Below, piece by piece: positions 35,420 to 47,547 of a stretch of DNA of 64,000 nt. Origin of the DNA: Zygnema circumcarinatum SAG 698-1b (Eukaryota > Plantae > Zygnematophyceae); the NCBI GenBank assembly GCA_037447605.1, contig CM074818.1, positions 1,686,617-1,750,616 on the forward strand. Direction: 5' to 3'. Below the pieces are notes generated by a model, which saw only the letters and a program-made list of their open reading frames with translations, made no database searches and was not told the origin of the DNA. Position numbers and translations under genes: made by a program. Every line of letters begins with the position of its first letter. Positions within the stretch are counted from its first letter, which is position 1.

Positions 35420-38400
35420 GATACTACTACTACTACAACTACTACTTATTACTGATTACGTACTGATTGGCGGATGCTTTCCAAATTTATGAATACCCTA
35501 AACTTGTGGGGCTTTGCAGAACCGGCTGGAGAGAGCTGTGGAGAAAGATGCGCAACAGAAATCGGATGCTGCTCAGGCAAAGTTTTTGGAAGAGCTGGCA
35601 AAGGACAATGAGAGTAAGGCCTGGCAAGGGGAGGGAAAGATCGGTAGAGAAAAGCCAAAGGAGAAGAAAAAGCCGAAGGATACAAGAAGAATGTCAAAGG
35701 AGCAGAAGGTAAGGAAGGTCCTTTTTCTTACACTTTAGGCATGTGTGAATTGTAAAGCTGAAGAATTCTGGTGTGTTTATTAGTGGATGGGAAGAGAAAA
35801 GCTTCTGTAAGGTAGCTTGAGACTTAGTCATCCTTGGCTTTAACTTGGCTTGTCATACAGGTTGGCTAGGTTTGTAGATCACCTTTTAGGGTTTGGGTTT
35901 AGGGACCTCAAACACATGCACAACTTCACTTCCAATGGGTCCTATGCGACTTTTGACACATTGTCGCTTTTGTCCGTAAACACGTGCAGTGCATTGTTAA
36001 GCACAGAAAGAAACGTCCTTCATCAAAGATAAGAGTTTGGAAGCTAAGGGAGACCTTTAAAGCGTGTGTCCTTAAAGAATTTAATAACCCTAAAAACACG
36101 TAGTAATGTTGATCGATGTTTAGGGGACAGTGTGATTGTATGTCTGCCAAGGAGGCTTCAATGTGGAGAGTAAACATTCATGTTCTTGAGATGAAATAAT
36201 ATGACTTATGTGCAGATGTGCAGATGCATGGAATAATTATTAGAGGTAACTCCTTTTGTAGAGTTCCCAAGGAGGGCTCGGACTCGGAAACAATCAAGGA
36301 AAGGGTCTGATTCCATGTATTTATCTTTGAAATTTTTGAACAGCGGACCTTATCAAACGGAGTGGGAGTGGTGGAGGGTAACGGTCATTTCAGGTATTGG
36401 ATCAGTTGGTTAAAAAATTGTTTAAAATACATGACAAAGGAAAAGCAAAATGAAGAAATCAGTTTAGCTGCTTCCAAGTGATTCGTTTGCTCACTTCTGC
36501 TGCTTTCTTTCAAAGTTTCATAAGCCACTTGAAGACCCTTCTTGATTCAGAGCATACAGTAGCATCTGCTTTTTCTGTGACAGACTGGTGATGGGAATCG
36601 AGAACATGCTTCCAAGTAGTCATGTATGTGTCTTTTTCTCCTCGAAATGATGGGACCTGCTCATGAATGGGATGTCGAGTAGCACACTATCAAGTTTTTG
36701 GCTAAATTGAACATTCTGACGGTGGCCCCAACACCTCTCTCCTCTCTCCTCTTTCCTTTCTCCACTCTCCACTCTTCTCTCTGTCCTCTCCCTCTCCCCT
36801 CTCCTTTCTCCTCTACCCTCTCCTCTCTCCTCTCTCCTCTCTCCTCTTTCCTTTCTCCACTCTTCTCTCTGTCCTCTCCCTCTCCCCTCTCCCCTCTCCT
36901 TCCTCCTCTTCCCTCTCCTCTCTCCTCTCCGCACTCTCCATCAGCCTCCCGAACGGAGACTCAATTGAAGACGGAGCGGAAGAAGAAGCGGAGTGGGAAG
37001 CAGAGGAGGCCTTGGAGGCGCGAGAGTGGAGAGAGGCTGAGCTTCGGAGAGCGGCGGAGGTAGAGGAGGAGGAGAGGCAGCTCGCGCAGGTCTTAGAGAC
37101 GCAGCGGAGGGCGGAGGATCAGGCAAAACTGCTCCGATTGGCCCAAATCGGAGCTCTCGAATCGGCCATGGATGGGGGCTATGCCAGTATCGATCCTGCC
37201 GATATCGTCTATTTGAAGGGCTTAGAGCAAGCTTGTGAAGAAAGTCTTCCAGAATATCATCCAGAAGGTATGTAAAATACTCAAGTTTAGTAGGTTTAGT
37301 TTAGTTTAGTAGGTTTATTAACTGACCTAGTTTTTTGGGGGCATCTGCTAAAACATCGATAATTTTTACCTCCCCATTTGTACTACATATCTCAAAGGCT
37401 ACTGAAGTTGCAGGGTCTAGCCATAGTTTCTATTATCGTGCAAACTTGTATGGGTTGTTACTGCTCTAGCGCGCATGTTGTTGAAGTGTTTTCATGCTCC
37501 CTCGATAAAGTCATGTCTCCTATCTACATGGAGACCGTAAAAATGAGGAGGTATGGTTTGGTTTGGTGGTCGCGTTTGAAAGGTTTAGAGCAAGCTTGTG
37601 AAAATAGTCTTGCAGAATGTCCCGAAGGTAAGTTAAATTTCAAAGTTTTGACGATTTCTATGACTACTTCTCCAGGAAGATGTTTCTGTTTCTTTGTTAC
37701 ACATTTGATCGAAGTATTTACATTCTCCCTTGCTAAAGGGATGAGAACTTAAGTGAGGAGTTAGGGTCTGTTTTGATCAGGGACGGGATGTTCCCCAGCG
37801 GCCAATAGCCACAGTGGGAGTGTCTCTTCAAGGGCGAGCCTCTCTCCTTCAGCTTCAGGACTGGATGCCTCTCCTCTCTCTCGCCCTTGTCCTCCTCCCT
37901 CAACACCTCAGGTGAAGGAGGCGGAGAGAGCACCTACTCAGATCATATCTCCCCTCACTCTTCTCCCACCTCCACCTTCTTATAATGAGAAACGGCTTTC
38001 TCACAGTGGGAGTGAAGTCATTTCAGGTGTGTATTTTTCATCACTCGTTAGTCTTTTGGTAAAGTCAACCTTTAACTGTTTCTGTTACCATTTGTAGGAC
38101 GTTTTCCTCCTTCTGAAGGGCCCTGTTTATGGGTCTGTGAAGCAGAGAGGACTGAAACTGAGCAGAGTTCTGCAAATCCGTTGGCATTGGAAGAAGATGA
38201 GGTCCAATTCCAGGCAGACTTAGAGCAGGCCATGCTGCAGAGCCTCGGTGAGTTCTCCCTCTCTCCCTCTCTCCCCTTTCTGTCAGAGTTATGAGAGAGA
38301 TGGAGAGAGAGAGGGGGGAATCACTTCAAGGTTTGCAGTACAGAGTCTTTACATTTAGGTGGAGAGAGTAACTTTGCTATCCATGAGTGTCTCCACACAA

Positions 38401-41400
38401 AGTTGTTGTATGAGCATCTTTTTGTCCTATTATCTCTTTATCGTTTCTTCACTTTCTTCTTCTTTGTCGGTAATTTTTCCCTCGGCTTGTTTTGGTAAAC
38501 CTGTTTCACGCAGATGAGGTGAAAAGGCGAGATAGCTACAGCAGCCATTCGCTGCTTAAAGCTGCCTCAAGTCCAGGTCTTAGTCACGAAGAGCTGACTA
38601 ATTCTAACCGCTTATTTCCGACCACTTCTATGGAGAGCGTCTCTGAATCTGAACTTAGTGAAAATGGAGTGCTGAAGCTGGATGAGGCTGGAAAAGGGCT
38701 CCAAAATGAAGTGGGGCAGTACAACTGCTTTCTCAACGTGGTTATTCAGGTAGAGGCATTACTGTGGGTTTGAGATTTTTGAACTTTTTAAGCATTTTTT
38801 TTCCCATTGTGAAGCCCTTGGCACAAAGTTGGGGACGACTCTACCGGTCAAGGATACTGTCAGTTAGGGTTTGAAATTAAAACTTGAAGATCGGCTCTTA
38901 TTCACTCACTAACTTCCTTCCCCCCCTCTTTCTCTTCCTCTCCATCTCTCTCGTTCTCTCTCTCTTTCTCTCTCCCTCTCTCTCTCCATCTTCACCTCCT
39001 TCCTCTCCCCCTCTCTCGCCTATCGTTTCCACTTCCCCTTCCTTATCTCCTCTCGCTCCCTTTCTCTTTCCCTCCCACTTCCCGACACCGCTCTTCTGCC
39101 CCATCCTTCCTCTCCCTTTCCCTCGCTTTTCCCAACCCGCCACTTCTCCCCCCTCCTCCCTTTCCCTTTCCCTCCCCTTCCCAACATCCCTCTTTTCGCC
39201 CCTCCCTCTCCCTTCCCCTCCCCCTTCCCAAACCCCCACTTCTCCCCCTTCCTCCCTCTCCCTTTCCCTCCCTCTCCCCACCACTCCCCCNNNNNNNNNN
39301 CCCCTCCCCTCTCCCCCTCTCCCTCTCCCCCTTCTTCCTTCCCTCTCTCTCTTCCTCAGTCCCTGTGGCACCTGAAAACCTTCCGGCAGCAGATGCTGGC
39401 CGAGCGGTCCCAGCGCCACGCCCACCAGGGCGACCCCTGCGTGGTGTGCGCCCTCTATGGCATCTTCGCAGCGCTGAACGCCGCCCTCCTGCGGGGAGGG
39501 GGCAGCAGGGAGCCGCTCGCCCCCACAGCGCTCCGCCTCGCTCTCAGCGCTATGTACTCGCGGACTGAGTTCTTTCAAGAGGTGCGATATGCACGCCTGT
39601 GTGGTTAGGGTTAGGGTTAGGGGTAGGGGTAGGGGTAGGGATAGGGTTAGGGTTAGGGTGGGGGTAGGGGTAGGGGTAGGGGTAGGGGTAGGGTTAGGGT
39701 TAGGGTGGGGGTAGGGGTAGGGGTAGGGGTAGGGTTAGGGTTAGGGTTAGGGTGGGGGTGGGGGTAGGGGTAGGGGTAGGGGTAGGGGTAGGGGTAGGGT
39801 TAGGGTTAGGCTGAGAGTTAGGCATAGGGTTAGGGTTAGAGTTAGGGTTAGGGGTAAGGTTAAGGTCCAGGTTAAAGTTAGGGTCGGGGTTAGGGTTAGG
39901 GTTGAAGTTCGGGCTAGAACTGGGGCTAGGGCTAGGGCTAGGGCTAGGGTTAAGGTTATGGTTATGGTTACGTTTGTGATTGTGTCTAAAGTTATGTGCT
40001 GAAGCTATTCTTCCCAGTGATGGATGTGGTGAAGCTGTGGGTTTTTTAGGGACTCTCCGACATGATTCACATCGGTGAAGTTAGGTTTTACTGTAGCCTA
40101 TATGCAAAGGCTTGCTGTCGGCTTGACGATTGCAAAGATTCGTCTTCTCATGATGACCTCCTTTGGGTTTACTTACAGTGGTTTTGAAATGGATGTTGGT
40201 TGCTTGCAGTCACAGATGAACGATGCTTCGGAAGTGCTCTCAGTCTTATTCGAATGCTTGCATAGAGCATTCGCGCCGTCTACGAGCAGTTCAGATGGAG
40301 TTGCATCGTTTGAGGGTAGCGAGAGAGGAATGGGAGAGTGGGAGTGTGTGGGAGAGGGAGAGGATGAGAGCAGACTTTGCGTAGCGCATGGTCTTTTTGG
40401 GCTTGACGTGACAGAGCAGATGAACTGTACTGCATGTGGGCTCGAGTCCCGGCACTTCAAATATACCACATTTTTCCATAATGTGAATGCAAGTGCTCTT
40501 CGTACGGCAAAGGTGAGAGAGCGATATCAACTCATGTAGGCCTACATAGTGGAACATGTACACTTATACTGCCTTTGGAAACCCTAGAAACCTGCTACTT
40601 CTCCTGCATGGTCCCATCTTTGGAGCATTGCTGAACTTCAGAACCTAATTCTAACCCTAACCTTGACTCTGACCTTCAGGATGCTGATCTGGTTATTTAT
40701 CTGCTGAAATCTGCAGATAAGCCACCCAGCCTTTGTTATGGATAAGCTTTTGCGAGTGGTGGATCGGACGGATCAGCTTCCGTGTGACTTAGAGGCGGGC
40801 GGCTGCGGAAAACTTAACTTTATCGATCACAAGCTCAGAGCTCCGCCACAGATTCTCACAATAGGTGAGAGACTGTCCTATTCCGATGAAACTTTGTCAA
40901 GCTTTATGGTTTTATGTGAATGGGAGGACCGCTGAGAGAGGGAAATCGCAATCATCACCTTCATGGTGATGATGATAATGATGATTATTAAAGATGATGA
41001 TGATGGATGATGGATGATGATGGATGATGATGGATGATGATGGATGATGATGATGATGGATGATGATGGATGATGGATGATGGATGATGGATGATGGATG
41101 ATGGATGATGGATGATGGATGTTGGATGATGGATGATGGATGATGGATGATGATGGATGATGGATGATGGACTATGGATGATGGATGATGGATGATGATG
41201 GATGATATTGGATGTTGGATGATGGATGATGGATGATGATGGATGATGGATGATGATGGATGATGGATGATGGATGATGGATGATGGATGATGGATGATG
41301 GATGATGGATGATGGATGATGGATGATGGATGATGGATGATGGATGATGGATGATGGATTATGGATGATGGATGATGGATGATGATGGATGATATTGGAT

Positions 41401-42808
41401 GTTGGATGATGGATGATGGATGATGGATGATGGATGATGGATGATGAGTCGCCATGCTGACCCTGTCCCGTGCTTGCAGTCCTCGGTTGGCAGACCGGCG
41501 CGGAGGCGGAGTCCGCGGTGGCCCTGACCGTGGAGGCCCTCAGCGAGGAGCTCTCGGTCGGCGCCGTCTACCGCGGCCTCGCCCGCCGGCACACAGTGCG
41601 CCTCGTCTCCGTGGTAGGTCGCTGCTCTGCCTCAAGTAGAAAGCAGCTCCTTGAAATCACTTTATGAGGTTATACACGCTTGCCTTTTCCCTCCCTCTTC
41701 CCAACACCCCTCGTCTCCCCCCTCCTTCCTCTCCCTTTCCCTCCCTCTTCCCAACCCCCCACTTCTCCCCCTCCTGCCTCTCCCTTTCCCTCCAAGTCCC
41801 CATCCCCCCTCCCCTCCCCCCTCCCTCACTCCCTCCTCCCTCTCCCTTTCCCTCTCCCTCTCTCTCTCTTTCCTTCCCTCTCCCTTAGTCCCTCTGGCAC
41901 CTGAAAACCTTCACTACAAGAGCTAAAACCCGTAGAAAAGCTCCATAAGTGGGACTCATTTTTAACTTTCACGTTAGGGATCTGAAATCAGAATCTGTAC
42001 CATTCATAACTCATACCGAGTTATGAACATGTGAAAACCAGAATTCAGTTTCGCTTTTGACGTTCTTTTCGCTAGAAATGAGTCCCCCTTATTGGAGTTA
42101 ATCATCGTTGGGGTGAATCTCCTTCTTTATTCCGACTTTTCTGTGTAGGCCTACCAAGTTGGTTTGAAAAACTGCATGTATGTGTGTTTGTCTGGTGGTT
42201 TGCTGATGTACGGCCCTCCCTGCATTTGGAGGGGGCAGGTGTGCTACTATGGCCAGCACTACCACTGCTTTGCCCTCAATCCGGACTTGGGGCGATGGGT
42301 TATGTTTGACGATACCACTGTCAAGGTGGGTGTTCACTATGGACATGCTGAGCTATCGAGTTTTCCCACTTACCCCTCTCTCTCTTCCTCTCAGGGTATC
42401 CACTCTCTCCTTCGATTCTCTCTCTGTGTCTCTCCCGCTCTCCCCCCTCTCCTCCCTCTCTCTCTCCGTCTCTCCCCCTCTTCACCCCTCCCCCGCCCCG
42501 CCCTCCCCTCCCTCCCTCCCCACCTCGCCCCTTCCCCTTCACTCTCTCCCTCTCTCCGTCTCTGTCTCTCAGGACCTAAGGATTTTCTTAAAGGACTCAA
42601 GTTTCCCTGGAAATATGATGCCGGAAAGGAAGGTCTAAGGTAAGCGGTGCGTGGTTGAAGTCCCCCTCCCTCAGAAACCACGAGGACTGACTCGCCGAGG
42701 AGTTCCCTCCTGCAGGTTGTGGGCACGTGGGATGACGTCACGCGGACATGCAGGCGGGGCCGCCTCCAGGCGCAAGTGCTCTTCTATGAGGCGCAGGACG
42801 CCTCCTGA
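30790..42808 (+). CDS. Plant USP53/54-like ubiquitin C-terminal hydrolase-related protein (DUF627, DUF629, peptidase C19), ~17+ exons
   Basis: Clear exons: 30790-31449, 32210-34519, 34663-34785, 35071-35199, 35520-35708, ~36943-37267, ~37781-37910, 38098-38247, 38514-38749, 39360-39581, 40210-40512, 40717-40864, 41480-41613, 42239-42325, 42716-42808. Motifs EYAHFYAQVLYE, EERREEIEVRVAAARL, WRFWACCQC...H...H, GLQNEVGQYNCFLNVVIQSLWHL (Cys box), QMNDASEVL and YYGQHYHCFA...MFDD (His box) resemble At3g47890/At3g47910 as recalled. Middle low-complexity exons are uncertain. Confidence 0.9.
39604..39960 (+). repeat. Intronic telomere-variant array (TTAGGG / TAGGGG / TGGGGG / CTAGGG)n
   Basis: Begins 22 nt after the donor at 39582 and degenerates toward the 3' end. 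G-rich on the sense strand. Confidence 0.95.
40990..41447. repeat. Intronic (GAT)/(GGAT)/(GATGGAT)n array
   Basis: About 460 bp of GATGGAT/GATGAT units before the acceptor at 41479. Confidence 0.95.
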
Positions 42809-45800
42809 GGGCCTCCCTTTCCGTCTCCTACTCCCTCTCCCTCTCCGTCTCCCTCTCCCTCTCCCCCTCCCTCTCCCTCCCCCTCCCCCTCCCCCTCCGG
42901 CTCTCTCTCCCTCTCACTCTTTTCCCCTCCCCCTCTACCTCTCCTAATTCGCCATGAACGGGGTCAAGCCTCCTCTCCTTTCCCACGGAGGTCAAACAGA
43001 TAGGCAGTCTCTTGCTGCCTTTACAAGTAACGTGCTATTTTTGTCTATGGGCCCTCAGTGATAGCCTCCCTCTCCGTCGTCTCTCTCTCTAGCCCCATAA
43101 GCAGGTGCATTCTCAAGTGCTATATGTGGGACAGAGAGAGAGGGAGGGAGAGAGGACAGAGACAGAGAGCGGGGGCCTCCCACAGTCCCACCTATGGAAA
43201 TTAGGATCACCGAAGCGTTCAGCAATTTTTGACAGTCAGAGAGCAAAGTAGAGCCTGCGGAGTCCTTTCCTTGTGTCACCGAGTTTAGCTTAACTGGTCA
43301 CATAGGGGCAGCTACATAGAACCGTTGCCCCTATGGGGGGCCCTTTACCTTAGCGCTTCTTCTGCGTAGAGGGAGGGAAAGGGGGGGGTGGGAAGAGGCG
43401 CCGCCTCTCTCGCGATTGGGCAGCGGAGGAATGAAAGGAAGGAAGAGAAGAAAGAAAGAGCGCCCCTTCAATTCGATCTGATGATGGGTGGTCCTGAACC
43501 CTCCTCAAACCCACAAACTCAAACCTGGCAAAGAAGCAAATTGAAACCCTAAAAAGGAAAGAAAAGATGAGTATGAGTGCTGCATACTACTACGGTACTG
43601 TATGAGCAAATTGAGACAGCAAAATTTGAGAGGAATTTGAAAAATAAATGTAATTCTAAGATTAGATGAAAAGTTATATTAATCAATTTCTCGCCGCAGT
43701 TGAAAAGGTTAATATCAAAGCGTATTTTTTTGAGAATAGGACCCAAAAAATCAAACACCAGAACCTGCCACAAGTTCGTTGATGCCGCCATCGCAACCGT
43801 AAGCCAGTTCGCAACTTTTGATGCGTGCGAGCAAAAACCTCGAATAGAATGAGCTTCCATTTTAGGGCAAATTTTCCTCCGCTAATCANNNNNNNNNNAA
43901 AGCTCCATAAGTGGGACTCATTTTTAACTTTCACGTTAGGGATCTGAAATCAGAATCTGTACCATTCATAACTCATACCGAGTTATGAACATGTGAAAAC
44001 CAGAATTCAGTTTCGCTTTTGACGTTCTTTTCGCTAGAAATGAGTCCCCCTTATTGGAGTTAATCATCGTTGGGGTGAATCTCCTTCTTTATTCCGACTT
44101 TTCTGTGTAGGCCTACCAAGTTGGTTTGAAAAACTGCATGTATGTGTGTTTGTCTGGTGGTTTGCTGATGTACGGCCCTCCCTGCATTTGGAGGGGGCAG
44201 GTGTGCTACTATGGCCAGCACTACCACTGCTTTGCCCTCAATCCGGACTTGGGGCGATGGGTTATGTTTGACGATACCACTGTCAAGGTGGGTGTTCACT
44301 ATGGACATGCTGAGCTATCGAGTTTTCCCACTTACCCCTCTCTCTCTTCCTCTCAGGGTATCCACTCTCTCCTTCGATTCTCTCTCTGTGTCTCTCCCGC
44401 TCTCCCCCCTCTCCTCCCTCTCTCTCTCCGTCTCTCCCCCTCTTCACCCCTCCCCCGCCCCGCCCTCCCCTCCCTCCCTCCCCACCTCGCCCCTTCCCCT
44501 TCACTCTCTCCCTCTCTCCGTCTCTGTCTCTCAGGACCTAAGGATTTTCTTAAAGGACTCAAGTTTCCCTGGAAATATGATGCCGGAAAGGAAGGTCTAA
44601 GGTAAGCGGTGCGTGGTTGAAGTCCCCCTCCCTCAGAAACCACGAGGACTGACTCGCCGAGGAGTTCCCTCCTGCAGGTTGTGGGCACGTGGGATGACGT
44701 CACGCGGACATGCAGGCGGGGCCGCCTCCAGGCGCAAGTGCTCTTCTATGAGGCGCAGGACGCCTCCTGAGGGCCTCCCTTTCCGTCTCCTACTCCCTCT
44801 CCCTCTCCGTCTCCCTCTCCCTCTCCCCCTCCCTCTCCCTCCCCCTCCCCCTCCCCCTCCGGCTCTCTCTCCCTCTCACTCTTTTCCCCTCCCCCTCTAC
44901 CTCTCCTAATTCGCCATGAACGGGGTCAAGCCTCCTCTCCTTTCCCACGGAGGTCAAACAGATAGGCAGTCTCTTGCTGCCTTTACAAGTAACGTGCTAT
45001 TTTTGTCTATGGGCCCTCAGTGATAGCCTCCCTCTCCGTCGTCTCTCTCTCTAGCCCCATAAGCAGGTGCATTCTCAAGTGCTATATGTGGGACAGAGAG
45101 AGAGGGAGGGAGAGAGGACAGAGACAGAGAGCGGGGGCCTCCCACAGTCCCACCTATGGAAATTAGGATCACCGAAGCGTTCAGCAATTTTTGACAGTCA
45201 GAGAGCAAAGTAGAGCCTGCGGAGTCCTTTCCTTGTGTCACCGAGTTTAGCTTAACTGGTCACATAGGGGCAGCTACATAGAACCGTTGCCCCTATGGGG
45301 GGCCCTTTACCTTAGCGCTTCTTCTGCGTAGAGGGAGGGAAAGGGGGGGGTGGGAAGAGGCGCCGCCTCTCTCGCGATTGGGCAGCGGAGGAATGAAAGG
45401 AAGGAAGAGAAGAAAGAAAGAGCGCCCCTTCAATTCGATCTGATGATGGGTGGTCCTGAACCCTCCTCAAACCCACAAACTCAAACCTGGCAAAGAAGCA
45501 AATTGAAACCCTAAAAAGGAAAGAAAAGATGAGTATGAGTGCTGCATACTACTACGGTACTGTATGAGCAAATTGAGACAGCAAAATTTGAGAGGAATTT
45601 GAAAAATAAATGTAATTCTAAGATTAGATGAAAAGTTATATTAATCAATTTCTCGCCGCAGTTGAAAAGGTTAATATCAAAGCGTATTTTTTTGAGAATA
45701 GGACCCAAAAAATCAAACACCAGAACCTGCCACAAGTTCGTTGATGCCGCCATCGCAACCGTAAGCCAGTTCGCAACTTTTGATGCGTGCGAGCAAAAAC

Positions 45801-45850
45801 CTCGAATAGAATGAGCTTCCATTTTAGGGCAAATTTTCCTCCGCTAATCA
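41937..45850. repeat. Apparently identical 1,952-bp direct duplication (41937-43888 = 43899-45850) separated by a 10-N gap
   Basis: Identical ORFs offset by 1,962 bp (e.g. 42098/44060, 42164/44126, 43549/45511). Copy 2 begins directly after the N run. Confidence 0.95.
41941..42097. mobile_element. Small MITE-like element (157 bp) in a USP intron
   Basis: Imperfect ~21-bp TIR CTCCATAAGTGGGACTCATTT / AAATGAGTCCCCCTTATTGGAG and an internal perfect 10-bp hairpin TTCATAACTC-N5-GAGTTATGAA (42003-42027). No TSD seen. Confidence 0.45.
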
Positions 45851-47547
45851 GAGATTGCCACGTATTCTTTACCGCGTGTCAATCTCCCAATGAACCTACA
45901 CTCGTCCCCAAAGGGGAGAGCAGGTGCGCATGGTTTTGACCGTACGGTTCCGTTTCTATGTGCAAATTGAGAGTAGAAACCCGTCCTTAGTTTTTTCACC
46001 ACAAGTTGTGAGCATGGAACGCGGTATACAGTACTGTATGCCAATTGTTATCCGTACAGATCAAAGATCTTGACTTTTGTCGTACATTACTATGTCGTAC
46101 ATATGTTTTCGTACAGAATCTTGTCGTGGAGAGCTGTCCTCTCGATCCTTGACTCGTGGTCGCCAGCGGCCCACACGGCGCTTATTGCTGTACGAAAATG
46201 AACCGAACGTGTACGATCGGTTGGGACCTACATCCTTTTGGTGCATTTGTATGGCGGGTAGGCTGACATTTCGTACACGTTCAGTCGATGTTGATGGATT
46301 CCGTCGCGCGCGGTTGTCGGTTACCCGCCGGCGCGTTGCCGTTCGGCGGTCAAACCAACCGCCGGCGGAGGTCCTCCCAAATGGAACCGAGATACGAGCC
46401 TGGTCCGAACGTACGCCGAGCCGACTCCGAGCCTAATGGAGTGCCGAAGCTGTCTACGAGGAACGGTTGGGAGGGGAAGGCCTTCCGAACGTATTCCGCA
46501 CATGTTCCAAAGCTGACGTTGGAGGAAGCCTGGAACTGATAGAAGTTTGATGAGTGGGAGAGAGAAGGAAGCGGCTTGAGAGGGAGGAAAGCAGGAAGTG
46601 GTAGAGAGCGATATTGAGAGGATTCGAGTGGAAAGGAGAAGAGGAAGGAGCTTTTGAAGGTATGCGTATTGGAAAGAGTGAAGAAGAGGCTTTCTTGCAT
46701 TAGTGGATGAAGGTGCAGATGCATGTGTACAAGCAGTTGCTAGTTTTGTTTTTTTTTTTTGGTTGAGAGCTGTGATCTCTGCTTGAAACTAAATGTAGAT
46801 GGTTCTTATTAGGGATCGGATCGGGAGAGGCATGTTTTTTTTTTTTGAAGGTAGATGGTAATGTTGCTGGCACGGCTGATACAGGCAATAGATGGAAAGC
46901 AGTCTGAGTCCTGAATGTGAGATGTCCATCGTTTTGCTGAGCACAACTGAGTGGACAGTTGTGCGACCGCTGAAACTATGAGCTTTGAGATGGCTCACAA
47001 CCATCATGCCAAGTCCTTTCGATTGGATCCGGATAGACCGTGCTTTCTTTGCTTGTTACGAACAGAGTTCCGAGTTCAGCAAGAGGAAAGTAGTAGTCTT
47101 TATCCTGAATGCCGACAAACTTTTAATGCAACTTATGGACTTTCAATGGATTATGGTTGATATTTGCATGTTAAACCGACAGTGAACGTTGGTACAAGCT
47201 GAATAACTATCTTTCTAGTGTATGGCATAATGTTGATTCCACATTTGATAAACTTCTTTGAAGCGATTCTGTAGCTTGTTCGCACCGCAATGATTTTGTT
47301 TTTTGCCTGAAACTGCTGCGCCAACTAGATCGTTTGTCGCCTTCAAGCACTGCAATGCCAGCAGCTTGAAATGCAAGTTCATGATTGTGGTTTGTACAAT
47401 GCCATTGATTTTTATTTAAATGGTTGCTGTGATTTTCAAAGATCCCTTTGGCAAGATGTGACTGCTTGCACTCATCAGATCAAACTCTCAGAGAAGAGCG
47501 ACCAACACCAACACAGCTCTCCATTGTTTTCGTCGCAGAGTGAAGTC

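Noticed and set aside
43899-44770. A second USP-like paralog
   Set aside because: It contains only the last two exons, is identical to copy 1, and begins at an N gap, so it is probably an assembly overlap.
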